A DNA stretch of 64,000 nucleotides from a virus (Duplodnaviria > Caudoviricetes), in the IMG/VR virus record IMGVR_UViG_3300020037_004820. One strand, 5' to 3'. A program made the translations under genes and the position numbers. A model generated the notes under the pieces. It was not told where the DNA came from. It was given only the letters and a program-made list of their open reading frames with translations, and searched no databases. This document shows positions 31,504-41,766 of this stretch, piece by piece (the stretch's first letter is position 1; every line of letters begins with the position of its first letter).

Positions 31504-32935
31504 TAGTCTTTCTCAACAATCCACATATTAGGATCATTTCGTAAAAGAGCTATTACACTCTTCCATTTGTCATCAGGATTCATATCATTAGTTTCAGCTA
31601 ATGTATCAAATTGATGACGATTACAACCTGCCCAAATTCTAACATTTTCTGGAGGAAGTTCAGATTCTTTATCATAAGAAAATTCCTCAATTTCCGCAGA
31701 GTCGGGTTCGTAATACTCTGTCACTTCATTATAAATCGTCTGTCCAGTAATAGTTAATTGTTTTTTCTTACTTTGTTTTTGAACACGATTATATTCTTCA
31801 CAAAGAACTCCTAAACAACAGAACTTATATTCTCCATTTGCAATATACGCAAGTCTGCTGGTGCCTTTTGTCATAACACCTGATTCTAAAATATCTGCTA
31901 ATCTAAATGCTATTTCTTTTTTCATTAGGTTGCCTTTGTTATTATGTTGTTAACAATTTCAAGATGAACTGTTTTATTTTTATTAGTCTTTGAGGGATCA
32001 GATCGTTTCCCATCATATACATCTATATGAAACTTGAAATCATATTGTTTAACGATTCTTTGCATTTCTGCAACAGTTTTTCCTTGAATAAGGGAACAAA
32101 TTTCTTGTTTAGAGTATTTCATGGTATTTTACTTTCTCTAATTTCATAGTATTTACAATTATCCATTCCTGGCAAAACCTAAAACATATGATATCATATT
32201 TGATCCTTCATTTGTTGTTTTTTTCTTTGAATAGCATTTGCTAAAATCTGTTTTTTATGATTTATTAAATCATTACTTATATTCGTATAGTGATAGAAAT
32301 TATGCTGTTCAAAAAAATCTGAATCATCTGGCAAAATGTATCCGCCATAACTGGCTATTCTTTTGATTTTGCCATATTGAATTTTTTCATAAATATATTG
32401 TTTCATTATATAGCATAATGAGCATTTACAAATTTTCCAATTATGAGAAGAATGATCTTTTTTTATCCGAAAGAATAAGCCAGCTATAATTGTCTGATGT
32501 TTATCAGCAACAAGCTGGCTTATTCTTTCATTAAGCTTATCTAAATTATCCATTTAGGAGTAAACTAAAATCACCGGAAAGAGCTTTTTCAATAACTTTT
32601 TCTTTCTTTTTAATAGACTCGATAGCTTTTTTACGTTCTTCTACTTTTGCTTTTGACCAATTTTCGGATACAAGTTTACCATCAGCATCATAAGATTGAA
32701 CATCTGGCTTGATCTTTTTGAATTCATTTCTCGCTTTGTTACAATCTTCAACTGCTTTGAATAGAAGATCAGTACGTCTGGTAACTTCTAAGTTTACAAA
32801 CTGATCAACAACAGCATTAGATATTTGCTTGGTAGCATTAGAAATTTTCAGTGCAACTGTTTTATTCAATTCACTAAGAACATCTGCATTTGCATCTTGT
32901 GTAGTATCAAGTTCTGGATTTTCTGTACTCATCAT
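31503..32935 (-). CDS. four hypothetical proteins (31503-31925, 31925-32122, 32194-32553, 32546-32935)
   Basis: Co-oriented operon ORFs. Confidence 0.6.
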
Positions 32936-32942
32936 TTATCCT

Positions 32943-34076
32943 TTAGGTATCTCTTTTGGTTTTGTAAACTGCGACAGTTACAGGAAAACGCGGAACTCCA
33001 TCAGGAGTATATTGGAAGAATTTCACTGTACCTTGTCCGCCGATATAGCTCTCTGCGTCTATAAGCAGCTTCGTATAGTAGTCAACCCCACCCTTGATTC
33101 CTGATCGAAATAGACGCCCATCTGGCAATTTGTACGTTATTGCGCCGGCCATGCCTGAGCGATTGCCGCTGCCTTCTTCGATTTGTACAATATCGAACTC
33201 CGCGTCTTGGAACTCCTTGCGCTTTAAGAGCTTATTTGTTCTCTTGTTTGCATAAGGAGAATTATGACGAACAATTTGTCCTTCATAACCTTGTCCAATA
33301 TATTGTTCATAAAGCGCATCTAAAGTTCTTTGATGAGGTATGTGAGAAGTTTCTACTAAATGTAGTATTCCTTCTTCAACTATTTTATCGAAGAATAATC
33401 CTGCTAAAAATTCCATTCTACCAAAAAAAGGAGTCTTATCAGGTTCAAGCAGTAAGCAATCGTATATATGATACTGAATCAGTAATTCTGATTGTTTTAA
33501 ATCTTCGGGCGTTGGTTTTGATTGTTTCGCTAAAGACATTATCTTATTAAAATCATCCTTTAATTGATGATTATATATTTCTCCATCTAAAATTAATCCT
33601 GGGTACAAATCAAAAATAGGAGAAAGAGCTTCCAATATATGTGGACAAGATATGATTGGTTTGCCTTGACGGCTCCAAAGACCATCTTTTTTAGCTATAC
33701 ATCTCATGCCATCCAATTTCGGCTGACAATAAACTCCTTCTGCATATTCTTTAGGAGTAATTGGATGATCATTATAATCTTTTGCTAACATAGGTTTGAA
33801 GAAATTATCTTCATCTATATCGTCAATTGATTGATTATAATTACCTTGAGCCAATTTCTTTTTATATTGAGATTGAACTTCTGCATGAGCTTGATCGTCA
33901 GGAGAAGTTTCATTCTTTTTTCCAATATTTTTTCCTAAACAAGATGTCCATTCGGTGACAGTAATTTTACCGTCCAGTTGTCCAGAAAAAGTTCTATATT
34001 TAGAACCTTCCTGTTCCATATACCAAGTCTGAGTTGCACCAGTTGCAGTCTTTTTGTAGAGAGTTGGGAATATCAT
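32943..34076 (-). CDS. lig: ATP-dependent DNA ligase
   Basis: QPKLDGMR, LDGEIY, YEGQIVR, LLKRK, PRFP. Confidence 0.93.
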   Translation of the reverse strand: MIFPTLYKKTATGATQTWYMEQEGSKYRTFSGQLDGKITVTEWTSCLGKNIGKKNETSPDDQAHAEVQSQYKKKLAQGNYNQSIDDIDEDNFFKPMLAKDYNDHPITPKEYAEGVYCQPKLDGMRCIAKKDGLWSRQGKPIISCPHILEALSPIFDLYPGLILDGEIYNHQLKDDFNKIMSLAKQSKPTPEDLKQSELLIQYHIYDCLLLEPDKTPFFGRMEFLAGLFFDKIVEEGILHLVETSHIPHQRTLDALYEQYIGQGYEGQIVRHNSPYANKRTNKLLKRKEFQDAEFDIVQIEEGSGNRSGMAGAITYKLPDGRLFRSGIKGGVDYYTKLLIDAESYIGGQGTVKFFQYTPDGVPRFPVTVAVYKTKRDT

Positions 34077-34600
34077 GATTTAGATATGTTCCTTTGTTCC
34101 ATTTCCGAAAGTTCTCTTTCTATTTGAAGTTTCTGTAATCTTAGTTTTGCAAGAGCTTCTTCATGTTTAGACTTTTGGTCCGATAACCGTTGGTGCTCTC
34201 TATACTCATTCCATGCAGCCATCTCCTTCAAATAATTATTTTTCAACTCTGCATTTTTCAACTTAATTGAAGGATCAATAACATACAAACAAACATTGTC
34301 TGATACATCATAAGAATCCACCAAAGGATGACTAGATGTCAAATGAATATGAGATCTTTCATAGAATCTTCCAGATTCTTTTAATTGGGTTAAAAAATTA
34401 TTTATTTCTTTATCAAAGCTATCAAGAGAATAACAATCTACGTTAACTAACGTAATGGCTTCTGGATCATCCATGTCATCTAGTATTCTCAATACAGGAG
34501 GATCGCAATGCCAAATTTTATCTTCAGAGTAATTCGGAGAATTTGGTTGTTTAATCGGCCGGTCTATAATCAAATTTCTATCGTTTTTTCCTGTCTTCAT
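34073..34600 (-). CDS. hypothetical protein
   Basis: Operon ORF. Confidence 0.6.
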   Translation of the reverse strand: MKTGKNDRNLIIDRPIKQPNSPNYSEDKIWHCDPPVLRILDDMDDPEAITLVNVDCYSLDSFDKEINNFLTQLKESGRFYERSHIHLTSSHPLVDSYDVSDNVCLYVIDPSIKLKNAELKNNYLKEMAAWNEYREHQRLSDQKSKHEEALAKLRLQKLQIERELSEMEQRNISKS

Positions 34601-35091
34601 ATTTTCTCACCAAGTCTGATTAAAGCGCTAATATAATTTTGCATTCTTATCATATCTTTTTCTGTAAGATTCTTATTCTTAAGACGCCATACTTGAAGGT
34701 TATCTTTGATATCTTCGATTTTTATCTTTCGTGCAACAACTGAATTGGCAACACGTTCTACTCGTTCTGCATATGTTTCGCCTTCACGCTTTGTTAAAGC
34801 GTCAATAGCCTTGCATTGAGCAGCAGTAAATCCTAGTTTAAGAAGATCATCAATAGTAAATTGAGTGTCTTCAATAAGATCATGACATATTGCCACAATC
34901 ATTTCATCTTCTGAATCCATCTTCTCCATAACTCGGAGCGGATGCCTTATATAACTGTTTTGTCCTTTATCTTCCTGTCCAGCATGTCCAATAACTGCTA
35001 TAAGAAGCGCTTTATCCAGCGTAAGCGGACCTTCCAATATGGTTTCTATTTTATCAAATATTTGTTTGAGTAACTTTGCTTTGTCGTACAT
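34597..35091 (-). CDS. HD-domain small alarmone hydrolase-like (Mesh1/SpoT-HD)
   Basis: HAGQEDK...YIRHPLRV...CHDLIEDT...KIEDIKDN. Confidence 0.8.
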   Translation of the reverse strand: MYDKAKLLKQIFDKIETILEGPLTLDKALLIAVIGHAGQEDKGQNSYIRHPLRVMEKMDSEDEMIVAICHDLIEDTQFTIDDLLKLGFTAAQCKAIDALTKREGETYAERVERVANSVVARKIKIEDIKDNLQVWRLKNKNLTEKDMIRMQNYISALIRLGEKI

Positions 35092-35448
35092 TTGATCTCC
35101 TTAGACCATGTATCGATTACAAGTATCAATAACTGATTTATTCCAGTCACATGCTTTAGCTTGGATTAGCTTATTAGTTTCTATTCCGCCTATTTCTAGG
35201 GCTTCTATTTTATTGATATCCCAGCAAATATCGAATATATATGCCTTCAATTCTGAGGCAAGTTCTGAGTAAGTGTGTGCGGCACACGTCTCTATATTAT
35301 GAGTAATATCTACGAATTTAGCTTGGTCACCTTCTGCCAAAGCCGTTTCAGCGTCATTTACGAGAACCATGATGTCATGGATAATATCTGAAGTCTGAGC
35401 AGAAGTAGTAATTTTAGTAGCGATCATTTTTTCTCTTTTAGTAACTAA

Positions 35449-36585
35449 TCAACGATTTCTAAGCAGAACTTCTGCTATCGAAATTTGTTCTCTATTCATT
35501 CCAAACCAACTTTCTAAGTAAATGTCTCGAATAATAGAATCTAATTTTTCCGAATCAACTTTATCAGGTAACTTTGAATTAGTAAATGCAACTTTCAGTA
35601 TATCTTCCATCTCATCTTTAGTCTTCATTATAATATCATATGTATCTAATTCGTAATAACCTTTCTTAATATCTAAGAGATAACTACGTCGGTCTTCGGG
35701 TTGTTTTAAAATTAAACCTTTACCATTTAATGCATCTTGGCATTGGAAATAAAGTCGTATCAAGTGTGATGCATGTTTAGTATCACAACCACATTTTACT
35801 TCTGTTGCGTATCGTTTAGGATTTCTAGTTTCTTGCCAAGTTAAGAATTGTTTATATTCTCTAACAATATTTTCATATTTTCGCTCTTGATTAAGAGCTA
35901 ACATAATATCTGAATCTAAGCCAAGAACTTTTCCGGCCGCCCACCATTTTTCATCACTTCCAATACGCATTTCTTCTAGCATTTCTGCAAGAGCGTTTAT
36001 AATATCTATGCGTTCTGCAAAGTTTTGATCTGTAAGATCTTTTAAATTCCAAGCATCTAATTTTTTGGTTATAGAGGCATTAATGGCCTTAATGCTATTC
36101 GAATCTAATACAGGTTTAGAAGGTAAACCAAATTCTTCTCTAGAGAGAGGAGGAACAGGAGGATTTGTCATCCAACGTCTATGTCCTTCTAATCTAGCTA
36201 ATTGACTTTTTGCATATCCGCTAAAAGTAAAATAAATCTTTTTAGTAAGAAACATATCTCTTACAGAGATCAATTTCTGACCATGAGGAGTACAATGCAA
36301 AACTTCGGTAGGTTCTACGAATAAAATTTCCAAAACGTTAGGATTAGCATCCGCAGCCAATTTAGCAAATTTCTTTAATCCGAATAATGTAAGATCAACT
36401 TCATAACCATCATGTTGATGTTGTTGTATTTGATCAAAACTTTGATAATACGAAATAAATTCTTCTACAGGTTCTACGATTATGCCACGAATATCTCGAT
36501 CACTTTCAGGAGTATTAAGTCCATAAGCATGCGATCCGTGTAATACACTTAGAATAGAGTCTTTAACTGTTTTTGAGGTTTTCAT
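35449..36585 (-). CDS. Pol-beta superfamily nucleotidyltransferase (RlaP/YcgL-like)
   Basis: GSHAYGLNTPESDRDIRG, NPNVLEIL, KHASHLIRL. Confidence 0.85.
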   Translation of the reverse strand: MKTSKTVKDSILSVLHGSHAYGLNTPESDRDIRGIIVEPVEEFISYYQSFDQIQQHQHDGYEVDLTLFGLKKFAKLAADANPNVLEILFVEPTEVLHCTPHGQKLISVRDMFLTKKIYFTFSGYAKSQLARLEGHRRWMTNPPVPPLSREEFGLPSKPVLDSNSIKAINASITKKLDAWNLKDLTDQNFAERIDIINALAEMLEEMRIGSDEKWWAAGKVLGLDSDIMLALNQERKYENIVREYKQFLTWQETRNPKRYATEVKCGCDTKHASHLIRLYFQCQDALNGKGLILKQPEDRRSYLLDIKKGYYELDTYDIIMKTKDEMEDILKVAFTNSKLPDKVDSEKLDSIIRDIYLESWFGMNREQISIAEVLLRNR

Positions 36586-37094
36586 TTATTATCTGCTTTT
36601 TGATTAAAGGAGATAAGCGATCTATATAATCTATTAGAATTAGATCGAAGTTAGATATTTGAGAAATCTCTCCATTTCTATTTGCTATTCCAGTTGAGAT
36701 AGAATGTGCTAATATAATTGAAGGACCTATAGATTTTGCAAGTTGCGTGAATTCTTTGAATAGATCAAAAGGATTAGTCACAACATGCACCTAATGTTTT
36801 TACCATTGTTTTTACTTTTTCGAACTTACGCAATTCGAAAGTAAGCATTGCTTGAAAATCAACTACTTTGCAATAAGTAGCATCTACTGTATATTCGCGA
36901 TCTCTAGCCTTGGCTAGCACCTTTTCATATTTGTTATTATATAACAACTCTGTCAATAGAGTTGGAGGTTTACCATTACCTTCTTTGTATACTCTTAATA
37001 TTTTATGAATACCGGGAATTCTCGTACAATATACAAAATCACCTTCTTCAAAATCAATAATTTCTTTCATTTTCTAATTGGTTCTCCTTAAAGG

Positions 37095-37119
37095 ATAAAA
37101 GCCCTTAATGAGGGCTTTT
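37095..37119 (-). terminator. intrinsic terminator
   Basis: aaaagccct-taatg-agggctttt. Confidence 0.7.
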
Positions 37120-37121
37120 AT

Positions 37122-37376
37122 TTACGGTTGTCTGGGTGTGACTCTTTCCCATATATAGGGTTTACTGTATTCTGGTGAGGATTGGAAAACTTTATACGCT
37201 TCATCATTCTGATTAATCGTATCACGTTTTCGGGCTAAAGCATTGACAAATTTTTCGAATAAAGAAGGATTAGAAAGAGATGCTTTATAGAGCAAATTCT
37301 TAATCTTCTCTTGCTTAGCTTCTGGCAAATGATCTATCTTTTTGCGCAGTGCTTTTTTGACTTTAGATTGATTCAT
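37122..37376 (-). CDS. hypothetical protein
   Basis: Start MNQSK after AAGGA RBS; the longer ORF runs through tRNA-Cys. Confidence 0.6.
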   Translation of the reverse strand: MNQSKVKKALRKKIDHLPEAKQEKIKNLLYKASLSNPSLFEKFVNALARKRDTINQNDEAYKVFQSSPEYSKPYIWERVTPRQP

Positions 37377-37399
37377 CTTGTATTCCTTAAATGGTAATA

Positions 37400-37475
37400 T
37401 GGAGCACGCATGTAGAATTGAACTACTGTTTACAGGTTTTGCAGACCGGCTCCGGGCCACCCGGATTATGCGTGC
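37400..37475 (-). tRNA. tRNA-Cys(GCA)
   Basis: GCACGCA/TGCGTGC acceptor, U73, CCA, anticodon loop CT-GCA-AA. Confidence 0.85.
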
Positions 37476-38015
37476 ATGTTTCACTCATCATTAATTAGAT
37501 ATGACTCTTTTGCTTAAGAGCCTTCTTTTTGCGAAGAATATCTAAACATTGATTATAAGGTATCTCTTGTCCTAATATTTGCACCTTTCCAGTCTTTTTA
37601 GACTGTTGCATTACATTATATTTTGGAGGAGAACCAGAAGGAACAATGTTTATCATAAAAATATGTCCAGACGTTAAAAATGTCTCTAGAGTCTTATTAT
37701 CCGGCATTGGAGCAGACATTAACGCCTCTTGTTTTTATACTTATCTGGTCTAGGTCTATGGCGTTTTTTATTTTCACCACCATGAATAGGACATAAAGTA
37801 CATTTACCTGTTTTGTTACAGATTTGCCATTTACGGCGCTTTTTATATATCGAAGAATTTGTATCTAGATCAGTCATTGACTTAATACTTTATACAACCA
37901 ATGAGCTGCTTTGAATGCTTGAATTTCTTTGACACATTCGTTATACAAAACAAGTGCCATTCCTGTTCCAAGAACAGCAGTTGCTAAACATGCACCAAGC
38001 AATTGATCAGTAAAT

Positions 38016-38390
38016 TTACTCATCATCAGGTCCTTTTGCGACTGGCCTATGAGGGTCATATATGCGCACACCCTTATATGTCAAGTGTTCGTCTAGGCGA
38101 TGCTCCATGCTTCCTAAAAGCAGTTTATGAATTGTTCTTAAAACTTCGCTCTCAGTGGCATTTTTAGGAATGTACCATTCCCGAGTTTTTTGAATGCAAA
38201 GTTCACCAGTGTCTACATCTGGTTCTTCATATTGAAGGTGAATAAGATTTCCAAAGATAAAAGAACTTATGTTAACTTCTTGAAGAACAAATTGTGCTTT
38301 AGGCCATAAGCCTCCAACAGATACTTTGTTTATAATTTGCTGAAGTTCCATATGTCTAGATGGAATAAACAATTCCGAATTCGTTTTCAT
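38016..38390 (-). CDS. phage hypothetical protein
   Basis: REWYIP...SMEHRLDEHLTYKGVRIYDPH. Confidence 0.65.
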   Translation of the reverse strand: MKTNSELFIPSRHMELQQIINKVSVGGLWPKAQFVLQEVNISSFIFGNLIHLQYEEPDVDTGELCIQKTREWYIPKNATESEVLRTIHKLLLGSMEHRLDEHLTYKGVRIYDPHRPVAKGPDDE

Positions 38391-38485
38391 TCTTAGACCT
38401 CTTTTGCGTTCGCGCAAATCGCTGCATACGCAATTTCCATCTTCTTGACAATTATCGCAGTTTAGTGTAATCATTACTGAGTGGT

Positions 38486-38562
38486 TGGTGGAGATTATGG
38501 GTATCGAACCCATCACATCCGCATTGCAAGTGCAGATCGCCAGCCTTGGATCATGAATCCCC
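38486..38562 (-). tRNA. tRNA-Ala(UGC)
   Basis: GGGGATT/AATCTCC with G3:U70, loop CT-TGC-AA, CCA. Confidence 0.9.
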
Positions 38563-38845
38563 GTGTACTTTAATTAGTTATCTAAAAACTGGACCTGTTG
38601 GTTTAGGCTCTTTTATTTCCAGTTTGAATTCTGCTGGACCTCTGTAAGAACAATTATAAATTTCATATGAAATTTCGTCTTTTTTCTCTGAGATCATTTT
38701 CTTATAAAACTCGGTAAGAAGAGGATTTAATTGTTCTAAATATTGAACTTGAAAATATTTAGTATCAGAATTGTAACCATCTGATGCATATGCAATACAT
38801 AAAAAGTTGTATTTTTTGTCTTTAGACAGGATCATATTTAGTCCT

Positions 38846-38937
38846 TGGAGGAAGTAACAGGATTCGAACCTGTGGAGCCTTTTTAGGGGCTCGCTTGTTT
38901 AGCAAACAAGAGCAATAATCCTCTCTGCCATACTTCC
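38846..38937 (-). tRNA. tRNA-Ser(GCU)
   Basis: Long variable arm, loop TT-GCT-AA, CCA. Confidence 0.9.
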
Positions 38938-38955
38938 CTATATTTATTATTAGAT

Positions 38956-39045
38956 TGGCGGAAGCTAAGAGAATCGAACTCTTGAGAGGCTATTAACCCC
39001 TAGCCGCTTTCAAGGCGGTGTCCTCGTCCATGCCGGGCAACTTCC
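38956..39045 (-). tRNA. tRNA-Ser(UGA)
   Basis: Long variable arm, loop CT-TGA-AA, G73, CCA. Confidence 0.9.
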
Positions 39046-39119
39046 ATATTTATTTTCTAGGTCTTCCGTGACCTTTATTTAGGGATCTATAAGTCGATGT
39101 CAACGAATATTCGGGATTT

Positions 39120-39195
39120 TGGTAGCACTGGTCAGAGTTGAACTGACAACAATCGGTTTCTAAGACCGACGCCTCTGCCATTGGGCTACAGTGCC
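39120..39195 (-). tRNA. tRNA-Leu(UAG), short variable loop
   Basis: TCGGT-CT-TAG-AA-ACCGA, A73, CCA. Confidence 0.85.
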
Positions 39196-39208
39196 ATTTA
39201 AGAAAATT

Positions 39209-39285
39209 TGGTAGGCGTTACAGGATTCTAACCTGTGATCACGGTATGTAACACCGATGCTTTAGTACAGCTAAGCTAAACGCCC
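39209..39285 (-). tRNA. tRNA-Val(UAC), atypical D/T loops
   Basis: Loop GT-TAC-AT; T-loop TTAGAAT; CCA. Confidence 0.75.
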
Positions 39286-39331
39286 TTATCACTATAATTA
39301 GATTTGTCCATTTGAACGAATCTTTAATTTT

Positions 39332-39408
39332 TGGTCGGGATGACAGGATTTGAACCTGCAACTTTCTGCACCCAAAGCAGACACTCTACCAGATTGAGCT
39401 ACATCCCG
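39332..39408 (-). tRNA. tRNA-Pro(UGG)
   Basis: CGGGATG acceptor, loop TT-TGG-GT, CCA. Confidence 0.92.
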
Positions 39409-39409
39409 T

Positions 39410-39613
39410 TAAGAGAACAATATCATTGCAGATCAACTATGATATTACTTTGCGGCCGTTTCTCGCCGCTAAAGACCTTCTCATGGCCTTTTCTTACACC
39501 AGTGTTCCAAACCATCTACTACGCAGCCTACGCATACACAAAGGTCCCTTTGTACTAATCGTTACTGTATTGATGGATTTATATGGCTTCCCAAGATCAA
39601 CTGGCTGACTTCT
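39410..39613 (-). ncRNA. putative structured ncRNA A (unknown family)
   Basis: Multiple nested hairpins; shares motifs and architecture with 39705-39836. Confidence 0.55.
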
Positions 39614-39620
39614 ATTTTTA

Positions 39621-39699
39621 TGGTCGAGAGAGCTGAACTCGAATCAGCATAATCCTGGCTCCAAACCAGACGCATTATTCCTGCTTATGCTACCTCTCG
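39621..39699 (-). tRNA. tRNA-Pro(UGG), second divergent copy
   Basis: CGAGAGG acceptor, loop TT-TGG-AG, CCA. Confidence 0.8.
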
Positions 39700-39704
39700 A
39701 TATG

Positions 39705-39836
39705 GATCGGAAAACAATCCTTCTGACTAACTCGGATTGAATTTTGCACTACTATCAATAGTGCTAAGGGCTTCCTTCTATACCCTTTTCGACTCCAGTG
39801 TGCCCTTATTCGCAGTAAGGTAAATAGTCCCTGGAT
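39705..39836 (-). ncRNA. putative structured ncRNA B (paralog of A)
   Basis: tccag..ctgga domain plus three-hairpin junction closed by gaaaa/ttttc. Confidence 0.55.
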
Positions 39837-39843
39837 GATATGA

Positions 39844-39984
39844 AATTGCGGAGAATTGGCGAAAAGGAATTTTTTAGGCGCTCTACCAACTGAGCTAATC
39901 TGCATTGGAATTGCAGATGTTGGGTTCGAACCAACGACATCCCGCTTATAAGGCGATGAAACCCTTTCTATCACTACCGCAATT
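39844..39984 (-). ncRNA. yrlA: YrlA-type Y RNA (circularly permuted tRNA-like domain)
   Basis: Terminal stem aattgcgg/ccgcaatt; order T-arm (gttgg-TTCGAAC-ccaac), closed acceptor-like stem (atctgca/tgcagat), D-arm (TAGCTCAGTTGGTAGAGC); begins about 6 nt after the Ro60 stop. Confidence 0.8.
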
Positions 39985-39989
39985 ATTTC

Positions 39990-41567
39990 TTATTGCTTGT
40001 TATTCGACTTATCAATAATCTCTCTAGCAAAATGCAGAACTTGATCAGACCATCCGCCAAGAATATAAGTTCTGTTATAAAATTCAGGAATGATTGTATC
40101 TTGGTATCCAGCTACTTGAACCAAAAAGACATTAACATTCGGATTAACCGTTTGTCTGTATTTTTGAACAAGTTTCGGAACATCAATATTATTGCCATTC
40201 TGCCAACGGTAATCCTTATATTCAGCGTTGTTCACACCGTATAAGCCCCCATGACCGGCTTGCATATCAGAATATATGAACACGGTGTCCCAATGCTCTT
40301 TTTCCTTGATAGCTTTATCCCAAAACAGCCATATGCCATTTTCAGTGCTTTGTCCAATCTTGTTTCGATCTGCTTCAAATTGCTTGAGCTTATCTAAGAT
40401 AGATTGCTTCTTTCTCACAACTTCTGTGACTAACTTATCCCCAAATCGGCCAATGTGACCTTCCTCAGAAGATAAAGCAGTCAACCATGCTGTTAGATTT
40501 GCAATCTGCGCAACTTCCATTGTTCCCATTGAAGAAGTTGTAGCACCCCAAGCAGAACCACTATTATCGCAAAGCGACATAGTTTTTCCTTCAAACTTAG
40601 GAATGTTTTCGATCGCTTGAAGCAAGCAATCTTCCAGACCATCTAGAACGATAGCTGGAGCATTAGGAACAGCTTTCATAGCACTAAAGTATCTAAAAGG
40701 AAGTTGCTTACCTGTAGCTACTCCTTCCTTTAGCTTATCCATGAACAACTTAGGATCAACTTTATTGTCCAACAGATTTCGAATATTGCGCAAAAGCGCC
40801 ATATGTCCCATTACATTTAGTGCCTCAGTCCAAGACTCTTTATTGGAGCCTTTTGCTGAAATGATAGCTTCCCAGGTTTCTCCTGTTTGAGACAATTCCC
40901 CGCGAACTAGCTTGTTTACAGCATCGCTTTTTGGGTGAACCAAATTTACAACGTCAACCGTCTTTATGGTACGGTTTCGCATTGTATATTTAGCAAGTGA
41001 ATATTCAGATGCCTTTTCAAGAGCATCTTTCCATGCACGCTTTAGAGAATTAGGAATAGCTTTCCTACCAAATCTAGAGATTTGATAAGCCAAACCAACC
41101 GAAGGTTCATCCATTCTTTTTACAATGGACGGAGCATACTGTCTGATTAAAGACGTACCTTTCACTTTAGGATGTTGAGCTGCTCGCACAAGAATAACTT
41201 GAGGAGTTGTACGAATGTTCCACGCATTGCGCAATTCTGCGGCAAGCTTAAGAGTTGCTTCTGGATCATAATCCAAAGCTTTATCAATAGCAGACTCCAT
41301 CAATTCTGATGCGTTGAGTTTATTCCACTCAATAGGCATTAAAGAATCTAAGGTATCATTTAGATGAGTTACAAGAGAGGGAATAACATACTTCGGTGTA
41401 GAAGTTTTCTTCGCCGCTTCACCATCGATATAATATGGTGGCTCTCCAAAAAAGCTAGAAGCAGCCGCCATTTGCAGTGTTGCAATTGGATTCTTTAGAA
41501 ACCAAGAAGAACCATTCATAAAATTCTTATGAGAAGTATCTATAACTTTACGTGTTGTGTTGATCAT
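39990..41567 (-). CDS. rsr: Ro60/TROVE-domain RNA-binding protein with vWA domain
   Basis: NIRTTPQ, MALLRNIRN, QLPFRYFSA, CDNSGS (MIDAS), YSDMQ, GGWSD. Confidence 0.9.
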   Translation of the reverse strand: MINTTRKVIDTSHKNFMNGSSWFLKNPIATLQMAAASSFFGEPPYYIDGEAAKKTSTPKYVIPSLVTHLNDTLDSLMPIEWNKLNASELMESAIDKALDYDPEATLKLAAELRNAWNIRTTPQVILVRAAQHPKVKGTSLIRQYAPSIVKRMDEPSVGLAYQISRFGRKAIPNSLKRAWKDALEKASEYSLAKYTMRNRTIKTVDVVNLVHPKSDAVNKLVRGELSQTGETWEAIISAKGSNKESWTEALNVMGHMALLRNIRNLLDNKVDPKLFMDKLKEGVATGKQLPFRYFSAMKAVPNAPAIVLDGLEDCLLQAIENIPKFEGKTMSLCDNSGSAWGATTSSMGTMEVAQIANLTAWLTALSSEEGHIGRFGDKLVTEVVRKKQSILDKLKQFEADRNKIGQSTENGIWLFWDKAIKEKEHWDTVFIYSDMQAGHGGLYGVNNAEYKDYRWQNGNNIDVPKLVQKYRQTVNPNVNVFLVQVAGYQDTIIPEFYNRTYILGGWSDQVLHFAREIIDKSNNKQ

Positions 41568-41596
41568 TGTAACCTCTTACTTTCCGTTTTAGGAAG

Positions 41597-41661
41597 ACTG
41601 TAGAGAATAGGCGGTAGAGTGTAATTTTTAACCGAAGTAACTCTAACTTTACTACTACAGT
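41597..41661 (-). ncRNA. short Y-RNA-like element 1
   Basis: actgtag/ctacagt stem, tagagt/actcta inner stem, TTACTTC and ATTCTC motifs. Confidence 0.6.
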
Positions 41662-41668
41662 AATTGTA

Positions 41669-41746
41669 TCCAGAGAATCTTCGATAGGGTGATTTTTTGG
41701 TCAGACGTTAATTTCTGAGGATGAATCCCTACCAATCGCTTCTGGA
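41669..41746 (-). ncRNA. short Y-RNA-like element 2
   Basis: tccaga/tctgga stem, taggg/cccta inner stem, TTCATC and ATTCTC motifs. Confidence 0.6.
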
Positions 41747-41766
41747 ATTTTTTTCATATGTCCACC

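Noticed and set aside
37377-38516. N-terminal extensions of ORFs 37122-37484 and 38016-38516 (also 56777-56872)
   Set aside because: They run through tRNA-Cys, tRNA-Ala or a promoter; downstream ATGs have better RBS context
39410-39613. RNase P RNA or tmRNA
   Set aside because: No GAGGAAAGUCC/P4 motifs, and no tRNA-like ends or tag reading frame
39844-39984. Ordinary tRNA gene, or ORF 39690-39974
   Set aside because: Arms are in permuted order with a closed acceptor stem and no CCA; the ORF is a shadow over structured RNAs
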